Below the pieces are notes generated by a model that made no database searches, was not told where the DNA came from, and worked only from the letters and a program-made list of their open reading frames with translations. Positions 15,769 to 28,981 of a stretch of 64,000 nucleotides of DNA are shown piece after piece. This stretch comes from Paramecium tetraurelia (lineage: Eukaryota). Made by a program: the position numbers and the translations under genes. The stretch's first letter is position 1. The number at the start of each line of letters is the position of its first letter. The stretch is taken from contig CT868108.1 of NCBI GenBank assembly GCA_000165425.1, positions 372,001 to 436,000 of the forward strand, written 5' to 3'.

Positions 15769-17478
15769 TCATATTCCCATAATTTAATTAATTATTTGTT
15801 CACTTTTTTTCATTCTTTAAGATAATTTCTTCTCTACATGTATATTCTTAATGCTATGATCACTGCTGTTAGGAGAATGGAAGGCTGGACTTTAAGTAAA
15901 TCTTGAGACCTTAGACATCAAATTTGTGTAGGTTTCAAGGAGATTTCGAGGTCGTTCTCTTAGTCTTGGCAATTAAGTATATTGTTATTTCATCATTTTC
16001 TCTACAATTTCCTTTTCCTTATCGAAGTCTCTCATTTGCAAACATAATTTCACATTCTTTAATTTCTCCTTCAAAGAACATTGATGATTATTGTATTCAA
16101 CAATTTAATTGATTCTATCCTTACTAATTGTATTAGAAGTGGTTTTTAACTCTCTCTAGGTGATACACTTTTACAATATCTCCTTGGTGTTGATATCTCT
16201 TAAAATCTACTTATTGCTTTCTTATTGTTATTTTGCAATCATCCTATGACATTTCTTAACCCAATCCTATCTAAACCCATCACTACTGATCCTATAATCA
16301 TTGATCCTTTCTCTCATAAATCTATCCAGTCCAGAACATTATTTTTTTGGGAGAAAGTAAATGATAGTTTCATAGGACACAGATGTGGCAGTGTATAGTC
16401 TCAATCCAGGATTCTTTAGATCAAACAATCCAACAAATTGGCATTCACTAAATTAATTGACTCTCACATTATCAGAACTAATTTCAACTATGCCTTGAAA
16501 AATCAAATATAGGCCATCAACAACATCTCCTTATTTAAAGATCGTTTGGTTTATAGAGAATAATTTTCTTTGAAAATCAAAACTTAATTAAATCACAACC
16601 TCTTTGGATGATTATGGAAACATCTTACTAAGCATTCCCAAAGTGAAATTCAATTTCTCTAATTTCGATTCGAAAATCCGTAAGTAATTGGATTTATTCA
16701 AAGCTCCCAAATGCAAAGTATCTAGGGCAATTAGAGTGGCTGCTCTAGGTTCGTTTCTGAACAAAGATACCTCTCCAAAACAATCGCCATCTCTCATTGT
16801 ATTGACCTTTTTATACAGACAAATCATTTAACCATTGGGTAATTTCTGATAATAACGACTTTTAAAAGGAAATAGGAGAATATCTTCCATGTTTTAGAAT
16901 TCCTTTAATTCATTCTATAGATCTTACAATTGTTTTTACATTTACTTAACATCGTCTTTCTTCTTGGAGTTATTTGTCATATCCTCCTTTATTTGATTCA
17001 TTTGTGTCATTATTTGCTTTTATTTCTAAACTTCATCTTCTCTTTAAAATATATAATTCACAAATCTTACTTTTTTGGAACATATACTAAAACTGTTCCT
17101 TTCAAAATCATATAGAAATAATCTCCTCTTTCTCCACAATGAAATACAATGTTCCCCTTCTTCACTTATTTATATTCCAAGCTATTAATGGTTTCTTCAA
17201 TGTATTCAAAATACTCTGCTTGCTGCTCCAGTGCTTTGAAATAGCTATATTAATAATGATTGTGCTTACCCAAATTCTCGGAGAATATCTTGCATGTAGA
17301 TTCGACTAGCCAGTTCATTCAGTTATAGATTCTTAGACATAATCTCGATTGCCTTTTCAAATGATTCAGACGACAAGTCATATTCCCTTACTACACTGAG
17401 ATTTAGGGTACTACGACGGACAGGCAAAGGGCCAATAGAAGAATGAACTATTTCGGAATCATTATTATAATTATTCAT
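15769..17478 (-). CDS. cyclic-nucleotide-binding domain protein (two cNMP-like domains)
   Basis: VFHCGERGDYFYMILKG...GDCFGEVSLFRNEPRAATL, then a second IFKQGDVVDGLYLIFQG. Introns of 25 and 29 nt give an intact frame. An alternative start exists at 17340. Confidence 0.85.
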
Positions 17479-17948
17479 TTTATTACTGCAATCTCGATTA
17501 ACAATATTCGTTCAGTACTTGTTGATAAGACTTTCTTATGTTCTGATGCTTCGTTCTGTATGTCAAACTGTTCTGTACATTTTCTATGCTTCTTTTGAGT
17601 CTTTTATTTTCCTTTGCGATTTCATCCGAGATCTCAGTCTTTTCCTTACGTTTTATATATAATTTTGGTAAACTGTGCTTTGCATTGCTTATTTTCATTA
17701 TTGCTTATTAGATTTTTTAATTGTTATAAGCAATGCTCTTGTTCTCCTCGATGGCTTCAAAGGCCTACACTTGATCCTTAATTTTCTTAATTGTCGATAC
17801 TACATATAACCAATAAGTTACATTAACGAATCACACCCAAAGAATCCTCTTCGACCTTGTTCTTTCTACCCTTGATCTATTTAAGTGAGTTCACATGATT
17901 TGCAAAATATTAGCGATGGATGGGATCAGGCAATATTGCTAATTTCAT
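17459..17948 (-). CDS. small basic coiled-coil protein, CFAP97/Hemingway-like
   Basis: QYFANHVNSLKQIK...IAYNNQKIQQAIMKIS...EIAKENKRLKRSIENV. One 22-nt intron, 156 codons. Family assigned by resemblance only. Confidence 0.55.
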
Positions 17949-17964
17949 TATAAATATTAATTAA

Positions 17965-19026
17965 TCAATCATATTGTTTTTCAAACTCTAGATGCTTTTC
18001 AAAAACCTCAATTAATCCAATCTCATCTTCTTAATAATCTTCAGTCACAGGATCCGCACTTAAAATCACATCTTATGTACTTGTATCTATCTTGCTTCTT
18101 CCCCTTCATCCGATTGTCTATATGAGTCAAAATAATCGAATTGCTCAGAGAATTAAGAAAACTAAAAGAGCATAAATCAAACTCTACTTCTAATCCCTCC
18201 TAAAATACTTCTCTACCTTTTCATCTGCCCTATTCACCCTCGGAAACTCCTCCTTTCTGCCACTCTTAAATTTTGGAGTCGTAATCATGGAATTGAAGGT
18301 GTACTTATGCTGTAGCTTCACTTCTTGAGGAGTCAAACTAAAGTTCTTAACATCTCTTAAATGTCCTTTTGGTCTTTGCCTATCATTTAAATGTCCATAA
18401 ACATTTTGGTTATCATTTTTTTCCATAAAATCAGTAAACAATTCTATCATTTTATCAATATTAATGTCTCACCATGTTTACGTCTGAAATGACTCGTCTT
18501 CTACAATGTTCTATATGCTTACTAGAAAGTATAATCTTGATTCTTCACTTTTGGTGTCTTAACAAAATTTATCTGGTTTGTAACTGTACTTTAATATTAA
18601 TAACATTTCTACTTCACTAATCTCACATTATTAAATCCTTCCGCAGGCTAATTACTAAACTTCTATTCTGAAATATTGTAGAAATCGTAATTATTCAATG
18701 TATTGCTACGTAGCGAATCCCATTTGCTCTTTGGTTTCTGCTGTCCCTTGATGAATGGATTGTCGTAGCTCTCTTTGCAAATCAATGTATTTGGAGTTCT
18801 GAAAAAAGATGGCGATTCCAAAGAGTTTCCAAATGCATACTAAGGCAACATCTTTTTGCCTCTTTTCTCTTTGACTGGTTCCTACAATTAATAGGTGTCA
18901 GTGAAGGTGCTCCTTAAATACTTTGGTAATTCCTTGCTTTCTTGATTTCCTCGATTGGACTAGACTTTTTTTTAAGCGCATTACTCTCAAAAGCAATAAA
19001 GCCGATTCTTCTTTGCCTGTAAGCAT
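17965..19026 (-). CDS. hypothetical protein
   Basis: MLTGKEESALLLLR/SNRGNQESKELPKY...; includes track ORF 18190-18450 and ends KHLEFEKQYD* after tiny introns. Confidence 0.6.
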
Positions 19027-19667
19027 ATTAGATTGGACTTATTTATTTTAATATTATATTTTTATATTTTTATTCCCATACTTATATAACTGGTTGAATT
19101 ATTTCTAACTCTATCCAGCTATATCCTCTAAAAAATTATACATCAACTGTCTCGCTTTCCTAGTAATCACATTATTTCTCAGATTGACCAACATAGATCT
19201 TATATTTAAATTAGAAATAGTCGCTACATCAATTTGTTATAAAAGTACCATAATCTTAACCTAGCAACTTAAAATTTAAAAAGATTTGTGAAGTAAATTT
19301 TAATTTTCTTATTAAAAACTGTCTTAAGTTCCAGATAGGTGAAATCCTTTGTTTTCAATGAGTTGATATATGATTTTTAATATAATCCAATAGAGAATTC
19401 TTTCTCTCCTTAGACTATATAGAGAAGGGTTTTCATACTTCATTTTTATGAATGAGATTCTATAATAACACCAAATGAATATCAATCAAATATACAAATT
19501 TAAGAATCAAACTGTATTGTATCAAGAAGATTAAAATTATTAAATAAATCCATAAAAAAGATGATTAATAATTAATAAATAGTATTTATATATTTTGACA
19601 ACATACATCATCTTAAACAATTATTATTTACTAGAAATTTTTATTATCATATTATAGTTATTTACAA

Positions 19668-20790
19668 TCAATTTGTTCTTAAATTGTTAACATATTTTCT
19701 ACTGTTTCCCAAACAGATTAGTAAGAGTGTCATAAAGATAAAACAAATGATATCAGCTAAAAGTACTAATAAACTAATGTTATAGACATCGTCACCAGAT
19801 AAACGATCCCATTCCATCGTCAATGGTTTTTCTATCAATAAAAAATACATCAATTAAGGTGTAAAGAACAGTATTTCTAATGATTTCATTATAAAATTTT
19901 GCACCTACAAAAAAACCATTGCTTTTTTATTTCAAAAATATGAATTGACACTCAGGGGGAATTAAAACAATATATGTTTTAAGTATCAAAAGCCATCGAT
20001 TTAAAGAATTCACTTACTATTAAAGTTACCTCAATTCCAATTCGTCTTATCCATTCCTAATGACCATCTAATTGCATCTAATCAATAACTGGTCCCTTTC
20101 ATTAATGGTCTTATTAAACCAAGCTTCATAAGTATCATAAACAATTTTAATCCTTGTGTCTCTCGTCTAAACACCTACAGAAAGTAATTTGTAGATTATC
20201 AATATAAATATTAGTCTAATTCCAATAAAGGAACCTGGAATCCACCAATAAAATTACGTCATTATCTCTTAACTGTTTTCATCCTAAGCTTAGTTATTAT
20301 AATCATTTTTTATCACAAAAAATATAACAATAGCCACATATCCAATTCTCAACCCGATATTCAACCAAATGTATAGATTCATTAAATATCTAATCCATCG
20401 ATTCTTGTTAATCAACTTAATCAATGCAGCAGAAGTATCCAAAGAACATTCTAACTAAGACTTTTGTCTTTAAGGCCTTGATCTCAACAACAAGGTTTCT
20501 ACTCGATTCCTCTTGACTTGTCCAATTGGAACCACCTATCTTTTTCGAGGTACCAATTTGGACAATTAGGTTTCACTATTCAGCAAAGGCTCCATACTGG
20601 ATTCTTGAATACTCCCCAATTATAATGTGTTCCTATGTATTTATTTTGGTCGTATGTATAGAGTTGGTCGACTTTGAATATTTTCTATAATATATAAAAG
20701 TAAAATACGTTATAAATCAAGCACAGAGTGGAATTCGTCTTAATCAACATTATCCTTGTAAGTCATATAGGAGATTCTTTCTGATTTCAT
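19668..20790 (-). CDS. hypothetical multi-pass membrane protein
   Basis: Hydrophobic segments LYIWLNIGLRIGYVAIVIFFV, WWIPGSFIGIRLIFILII and ISLLVLLADIICFIFMTLLLICL. Confidence 0.55.
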
Positions 20791-21561
20791 ATATTAAAAT
20801 TATGAGGAAATTATAGTAAATTTATATTTAGATATGAGCACCTTAAAACCGAGAGTGATATATATTTAATATATAAATCAGAGTACGATATAATGATAAT
20901 TATAAATAAATATCTGCTATTTTGCTCAACGCTAACAATAAAAGTATTTGAATTAACAAACGATCATTAAAATATTTTATTCAATTTATTGATTATCAAA
21001 TATTTAATTAAGTATTTCATTTACAAAATCTTGAAACTTATTATATCTTTAATAAATTAGGGAAAAGAATCAAAGACAATTAATTAATGAATAACTCCTA
21101 AAAAGAGTAGAGATGAACTTAAAATGTATCAAATTTGATTAATTAGAATCAATAAATTTAACTTTATCATTGAATAATAATTAAGAATTAATTATCTCAA
21201 CTTGACTGATACATTAAGAAGCAATTATAATTTTTAAGAAAAATCATTAAATTCTGACGAAAGAAGGTCGGTTTTATAAGGCTCCTTTATTTTTAATCTG
21301 ATTTATTAATAATTACATTTAAATCTAGTCATTATGAAAAATTTAAATATGTGGACTGAATGTTGAAAATTGTTATGCTTAATCTATTCAATTCGATAAA
21401 CATATTTAATAGTGATGAATCTGATAGAAGAATGATTTAATCTATAAAAAGTAATTTTTTGAAGAAGATAGTGATATTAGTAAGATTAGTGTAATTAATT
21501 TAAAGGAAGCAATAAATTATTTATTCAAGACTATTCTAATAATGAACGAAGCAAATCAATC

Positions 21562-21930
21562 TCATTTTACAAAGCCTCTTTTTTTTTGTTCCATTTGATT
21601 TCTTTATTACGATATCGTGTTATCAATTTGGTTGTTCTTACATATATTTCCTTCAATTCTTATTCCTTAACTTCACCAATATATTCATACTTATTGTGCC
21701 ACGTCTTAGGTGTTCATCATTTCAAACAACCATCTTTCTCTTTCGAATTTAGTCATTTCAACAGGTAATTTATGTGATCGTTATGACAATTTTCTTTGCA
21801 ATGAGTAATAATCCAAACTTGAACATGGCTTTTGTTAAGATGTGACCTTACTGTTTTTCTCTGATAAAATATTTAATAGTTTCTATTTCATATCAGTTTA
21901 GCTTTATATTTTAGTATTCGAATTTGACAT
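21562..21930 (-). CDS. small hypothetical protein
   Basis: MSNSNTKIQSQTDMKQKLLNIL...RERWLFEMMN, one intron, ends KEAFVK*. Confidence 0.45.
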
Positions 21931-22078
21931 TAATTAAAATAACAAGTGATATTTTAATAATTAAAATCAAAATTCTCATAAAAAATTAGATGAATCGAAT
22001 TCTAAATTTCGCTAATTGATGACTAGAAAATGGAATAGATTTTTTATTTGTTTGAATAATGTAATGTAAATTTACTTT

Positions 22079-22634
22079 TCATAATCTTCTTCCTCTTCTA
22101 CCTCCTGGTCTTCTAGTTGAATCTGTTGGGATTGGTGTGACATCTTCAATTCTACCGATTTTTAATCCCAAACGAGCTAGAGCTCTGAGGGCAGCTTAAG
22201 CTCCTGGTCCTGGTTGTCTAGTATCGACACCTGATTGAATTGATTTATGTAAATACCTCCTCTGGCTCTCAATTTAATATGTAAAGCATTAATTTTAAGT
22301 GTTTTCAACTTCTCATAAACATCTTTGGCTGCTTGCATAGCTGCATATGGTGAAGATTCTTCTCTGTCTGATTTGACTTTCATTCCTCCTGTGACTCTTG
22401 CAAGTGTTTCTCTGCCAGTCAAATCTGTAATGTGGATAAAGGTATCATTCCAAGTAGAGAGAATGTGAGCAACTCCGAAAACTAATTCATTTCCAGCAAC
22501 ATTTGGTCCCAATGTGGCTACAACTTATTAAGGTTGATCTTCTCCTTAATTCTTTTTTCCTTTCTTTGCCTTAGTTTATTATACAGCAGGTTAAACTTTA
22601 GTGTCAGCCTAAATTAAATTGCTTAACATACCAT
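22079..22634 (-). CDS. RPS14: 40S ribosomal protein S14 (uS11); first exon is the ATG alone
   Basis: [25 protein letters not shown]...[18 protein letters not shown]...[26 protein letters not shown]. Confidence 0.96.
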
Positions 22635-22744
22635 TCACCTAAAAAAATTTTAAATCTTTTTTTAATATAAAAAAATAGAAATCAAACACAATATGTAGGT
22701 AATTATATAGATATATATATTGTACTATGTAAATGCTTAAAACA

Positions 22745-23346
22745 TCATTCAGCTGCAAATTTGTTTTAGGTTTTCTTGACTCTTGTGGCTTTATTCTTTT
22801 CTCTTCTATCATTTTATTCCTTCTCAATTTTATCAACTCTAACTTTTTCTTATTTAGTCTCATGAATTGCTTCAATGAGGACTTTCTTGTTTTTATATTG
22901 ATTACCTTTTGAGGCCAAATAGAATTCATGATATCTAAGCAAAATATTGTATAAATCCATTACTATTATCTATCAATCTTTTTGGCAGCTCTGTATTTTC
23001 TTAACAATCTTCTTAAGACTCTTTGTCTACGGATCCAAAGTACTTTAGTTGGCATTCTAGCCTCTCTTGTACCTCTTCTCTTACCAGTACCAGTGTGTCT
23101 GCCTAAAAAATGAATGATAATTGAAATACCTCTTCTTTTGGCTTCAAGGAATCTTCGTGCTCTGGCTCTTGAATGGATTGTTCTCAATCTTCTCATGATG
23201 AGTCCATCCTTAATTAATTTTCTGATTGACATTCTTGAATTTGCTAGACTGATTTCACTTGCTTCATTTGGGTCCAACCACACTCTGTTAATACCAACTT
23301 TCAACTATGTGGATGCCAATCTTTTCTATAGACGGAGGTTTACCAT
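22745..23346 (-). CDS. RPL19: 60S ribosomal protein L19 (eL19), 2 introns
   Basis: MVNLRLQKRLAS...RVWLDPNE...[14 protein letters not shown]...[18 protein letters not shown]. Confidence 0.96.
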
Positions 23347-23386
23347 TAATAAATTAATATCTAAATATTTAAATTTTTATATTTTT

Positions 23387-23906
23387 ATGGGAACTTGTGG
23401 AGCAAAGAATAAATCTAAAAATAAAGTAAGAAATCTTGTAATAGAAAGATGAAAGAACAAGTTATAAGTACCAATTAGAATAACGGAATACAAAACCAGG
23501 AATAGAATATAAAAACGAACAGAGAGGGAGATATTGCATAATAAGTTTAGCAAACTTCGGATAAATAAGACCCCAATAAAGAACAAATTGAGGATAAAGT
23601 TTCCTAAATTAATCAAGAGAAAAATAACATTTAAGAAGATTATTCAAAGTTAAGCGAAGTTTTACCGATGTCGACCGTTGGAATACACCCTACTACTACT
23701 CCTATTATTTAAATATCAAAAAAGAAAGTTTAAGATGATGATTTTGCCAAGCATCATTTGGAAGTATGAGATTTTTTTTGAAATAGTGCATAAAAAATCA
23801 AAATGAAGGAGGGCACCAAACATTAAAAATAGGAGTGCCTGTCAAACAAGAAAATAAATTTAAAGTTGAAATTGAGGGTTCATATTATTATTAATAAAAT
23901 AAATGA
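23387..23906 (+). CDS. small hydrophilic protein with MGTC N-terminus (putative dual acylation)
   Basis: MGTCGAKNKSKNK, then a 23-nt intron and an open frame. Stops at 23769 if unspliced or at 23906 if the 23764-23786 intron is used. Confidence 0.55.
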
Positions 23907-25562
23907 TAAAATCGAGATTTTTTTTTTCATACTAAACTAAAGGTATCTTTAGAAGAAAAAATTAAAACATTAGAAGGGAGGATTTCGTTGTCAAGGTGGC
24001 AGACGAAGATGTTCATTCAAAAAGATTGGCTTCAGCATTAAACATTGATGAAAATCAAAGTGAATCAAGTCATTCCTCAGCATAATCCAATTTCTTCTTC
24101 AGAGAATCCAACTTACAAAAATTAGATCTATCCGATTTATATCGTATCGATTTTGACAATAACGATAAAATTTCTATTGTCCCCACGTTGATTGAGCCTT
24201 TAGAAAATATTGTTAAAAACCCAGGAATTTATCCCATCTCTGAATTCAAAAATCACCACAATTATAATTACTTAAAACAAATATAGAGAAATGGCCAAAT
24301 GAATAAGTTCGATGTTTATGTTCCCCCCTCAAAAGATATAACACTTTAATAATTTGCCAAAGCCTTAAACCTTAGATATTGGTACCATATATTTTATATA
24401 ATTTAGTGTTTCAACAAGTACTTTTTCCAATGTCCTCAGCTAGATCTTCTACTTACTTAGTGGCTTCCATGGTCCTGATTTCAGCAGTATTTTCGAATAG
24501 TTCCCTGATGAACCAAGAAAGTTTATGATCTCCCAAAGAAAACCAACTTCTGCATTATTACATAAAGTTGATGAAAACATGTATGCCTTGGATGGTGATC
24601 CAGGTATCTTTGAAGAAGAACTCATAGAACTCTTAATGTCTGGTAAAATTGTGGAAAGACAATTAACTCAAGATTAAGAGGAATTCGAAAATAGATATAT
24701 TAAATTGGATCCCAGTATGCCACTTGTAGAAGACTTCCATAGATTTATGGAGTTGAATAATGAGATGTGTTTGAGATCCTAAATTGATTGCAGGAATCGA
24801 TCTGAAAATCCTATTGTTTTTGAAATCAAGGCCAGAGGAGCATGTCCTATAAGATACGATTATCCTAATTACAGAGATTACTTGGATTATGAAATCAATT
24901 AATATAAAGGATTGTTTTAATCCTTCGAAAGGGAATATTATGATTTGATAAGAGGAGCATTCTTAAAATGGGCAATCCAATTAAAAATAGGTAGAATGGA
25001 TGGAGCCTTTGTAGCATATCATAACCTATTAGAAATACAAGGATTTGAATATATAAAATCCTCAGAAATATACAAAAGAGTATTTGGAACTGAAGAGTTC
25101 AGTGATTTAAGTTTATTAGTTGGATCAAGAATTGCTACTAAACTGTTTGATGAGATCATCGCAGACATCAACGAAGACTTTGAAACTCTAAAAATAGGAC
25201 TCTATTCCCAAAGCTTCACAAAAAAATTAATTTTGTTTGTAGAAATTATTAAAGATAAATCAGATTTCTAAAAAGTATTTAAGTAAGAAAATTTGAAAGA
25301 CGAATATGACTATTATACTAAGCATCCTTTAAAAAACAAAGTACTAAAATATGAATTCTTACTTAAACCAGAAATTAATGGAGTTGAATATTGTTATCCA
25401 ACTATTTTTAGAAAAAATGATTTGATTTCCATTAAATACAAATTAAGAAGTTTGGGATAAGCTGATTTCGGAGACTATATGAACTTTCTTCACGATTGTT
25501 ATAAACATGAAGAAATTAATATAGAAATCAATTATTCTGGAGCTTGGCAGAAATCGATGTGA
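23903..25562 (+). CDS. PET127: Pet127-like mitochondrial 5'-3' exoribonuclease (PD-(D/E)XK fold)
   Basis: Arg-rich, acid-free presequence MIKSRFFFSYQTKGIFRRK. Family motifs YVPPSKD, STST, LRSQIDC, FEIKAR and SFEREYYDLIRGAFLKWAIQLKIGRMDGAFVAYHN...GFEY. One 25-nt intron, 545 codons. Confidence 0.88.
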
Positions 25563-26073
25563 ATAATTATAATAATCTCAAAAGCAATCATTTAATTTAT
25601 AATTATTTTTAATAATTTTCTGTTTCTTTCTTGTAGTAAATATATTAATATCTAATCTCTAAAATAGCATCAAACATTTTTATTAATGATAAGATATATT
25701 TCTCTTATTATTCTTTAAATTCTGGATATAGATTAGAGGGTTTTAGCATAATAAATAAGAATGAAAAAAGAATTTGTTTGTTTCAATTCTAGACTACAAA
25801 ATTTTACGAAACAAATATTTTAAGGATTCAGGATATAGTTTGAGTTTAAATTACTGTATGTATTTCAAATTTTATCAAAATCTTAAATAATTATATCAAA
25901 GAAAGTTGAAAAAATAGAAATAGAAGATGTTGTTTATTTAGATATCGATTTTGAATCATATGATTAGTGATGCTATACAAAATTAAGCTTAATTAACCAA
26001 TCTATTGAAGTAAAAATAAGAAAGAAATGCATTTTTTTAAACTATTTTATTCTATGTGAGAATAACTATAAAA

Positions 26074-27859
26074 TCATTCATTTTTTTAGATATTTTCAAT
26101 TTTTTAAAAGCTAAATGTCTTTATTTGTAACATTTTGAATACTGGCTTAGGGGGTTATTCTATAGGAGGAGGGTATATTAATTTCTATTAATTTGATGAC
26201 TAATTAAGATTTTAATGTTAATTTCCATATAGAGGTTTCCTAAGAGCACTCATAGGTCTATTTATAATGGCTATACTACTGAAAGGTCTTGATTAAGATG
26301 GAGTTCTAGTTTAAGGAGCAACAGTTCTAAGAGTTAAAGGCTGATTTGTTTAGGCTTCTAGATCACTAAAAGATTTGTTTTTGGAAAGTTTTGGAGGAGG
26401 TTTAGCCAAAGGAGGTCTAGACTCAGTTTGCAGTTTTTGTATTTTATCAGGTTGCTTTGTAATATCTAATTATTATTAAATAATTATTGTTTCTTTCTCT
26501 TTTTGTTTTGGTGGCATAAACTATTCGTAGTATTGTAAATTCTATCTGATATAGTTACACATATACTTCATCAGGATAAACTCTAATATAGCCATTTAGA
26601 TGTTTATTTTCATAAATGGTAATTTAGTTTACTTATTTTTCCTTTTCTTCTTAATTCATTTTTGGAGGTCTTTAAAAAGTAGGAGCCCTTTTTTAATCTA
26701 AATAGTTTTTCTTAGGTTTATTTCTAATATCTAATAAAATTAACGTATCTAAAATTAAGTTCTTTTTAATGATCTTATCTAAGGGTGTATCAGTTGAAAA
26801 TGAAGGAGTATGATTGACTTCAAGCAACCATGGTTTGAGATTAGAATCCAAGAGAATATCAAAACCAAACAATTCAAAGCATTATTCTATTCCATCTACA
26901 TTATGCTATTGTGATCTATATAAATGTGCTAAATCTCCTTATACACTTTGAATTGTCTTTACAATCACTGATTTAATTTATGACATCAACTAATCTACAT
27001 CATGATCCTAATCTTTCAAATACTAAAGAGATAGCACAAATTAATTACTTTGAATACTGAAGACAGAGATCTTTTATGACCTACATCATCTTTGTTTGTG
27101 TCATTATTAAATACAAAGTCTTTGCTTCTTTTATTAATAGCATAATTTGTTAGATGCATAGTAACACTGCTTAAATTCTTCTTTTAAGGTTTTACATACT
27201 TTTTAGTTGAGAATCTTGCTAATCCTTCTTAGTACATGAAGATTTTAAGAGGAGCAATTGATTTAAGCATAACATAAATTCTAGAATTCATTTAACTATT
27301 TTACCTTAAATCGAATTTGAGTCCATCAATCAAATAAGGATTACTGATATATTCCTATACAACATAATGCTTATCTAAAAATTAATCAAGCTTTTTTGTT
27401 AAAAATATTCCTCTTCCTTAACAATTAGCTTCTGGTTTTATTATAAAAATTCCTGTTCCTTATTTATTTCTTAATTCTTCGCTTTAATAAGGCAAATGCC
27501 ATGTTTTTGGATAAAAATCATAATCTTAAGGGTATTGTTTACGCATCTTATTTAAATTTCTACACAATTCATTTTTTTTTCCAAGCATGTATGATCCTGG
27601 AAAATGGTTGATTCTTTGATAAGGCAACAAACGACGATATTCTTCATCTGTTACATAAGTATCCTTCCAAAAGATATGACATTCAAATTCTGATGGAGTG
27701 GGCTTCCAATCTAGTATTTATACTACCTCATCTATCACTTTATACTTAGTCTCTTAATTGCTTTAATTAATTTTTACATTCTAAATTGATTTAGATTTTC
27801 CTTTTAACAAAGTTTCTTTGCATCTAAGCCAGTTATTGAAGAGTAAAAATTTCACTCAT
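26074..27859 (-). CDS. tubulin polyglutamylase, TTLL6/13-like
   Basis: [79 protein letters not shown] and [12 protein letters not shown]. Confidence 0.93.
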
Positions 27860-28981
27860 ATATTCAAATAATAATAATTATATCAATTTATCTAATCAAT
27901 TATCTTGTTCATACTAATGGATTCTGAATTATTATGTATGTGGCTTAACACTTTATTCATCCTTGTTATGATTTAATGGAAATAAACAAATAAATTTGAT
28001 TCTAATCCTTTCTTAGAATCATCCATATATTGATGCATTAAATAAATCAACTTTTTTAACAATCTGATATATTAACCTTTCTATAAATTTATTTATTAAT
28101 ATCATAGTCATCAACATTAAATGTATAGATGCAAAATTTAATGCTATAATTATTAATTCTCTCATAATTTTATAAATTTTTCTTTCTTAAATTATTGAAA
28201 ATTAATTTAAACCATAATAAAAGTTATTTGATCATTCTAATTATTCGAAAGGCTTTTTGCAATTCATAAATATCAAAATAGCACGTTCAACATGAATATG
28301 CTTATGATATTGGTTTTATCTACTAATCACAAATTACTCATAAATTTTATTTTAAATAGATAATCTGGATTAGCTATGTTAACTACGAAAATAAAATCAA
28401 TCCAGAACAGATTTAATTCATTTTTGTCTATTCCTAGATTGAATTATGTAAAATAATGCTAAAATCTTTTTGTTTTGAAACAAATGAGTTAAATTTTTTT
28501 TTTTTGCTTCCCATTTTAAAAGATAATATTTTGTCAATGTCAAAGCATAAATGAATAAAACATTATTAAATATAAAAATGTATAAAATGGGTGAATTAAT
28601 TATGTTGTTAAAATATAATTAATATTATTTTAAACCAAACATATTATCAAAATAAATATATGCATGAATCTTTTGATTTAAGAAAAAGGTATTAAAATAA
28701 TCCTCTCTTTCTTTGAAAACTCAATGAAAATATTTATGATTTAACCAAGGTTATGACAAAAATATTTCAGAATATTTAATATGTATAATATAAAAATTTT
28801 TTATATTCCAATCTATTTCTAGAAATAAGCTGAATTGAAATGATTAAAAATATGATTATATCAACTAATTAGTTTTTAGAGAACTTGAATCCGAGGATTA
28901 TTGATATACGAAAAATTATGTATTAAAGAATTGTATATGCATTAAATTTATATCTTTTTAATTAATATTTTTTAAAATCAA

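Noticed and set aside
19060..19443. Open minus-strand frame MKYENPSLYSL...
   Set aside because: With a single stop codon, long open frames arise by chance; there is no motif and no clean end.
23802..23853. SECIS-like hairpin (ATGA...GGCAC-AAA-loop-GTGCC) downstream of an in-frame TGA
   Set aside because: The 3' GA of the quartet is not positioned after the stem, and the TGA sits in a normal GTATGA intron donor.
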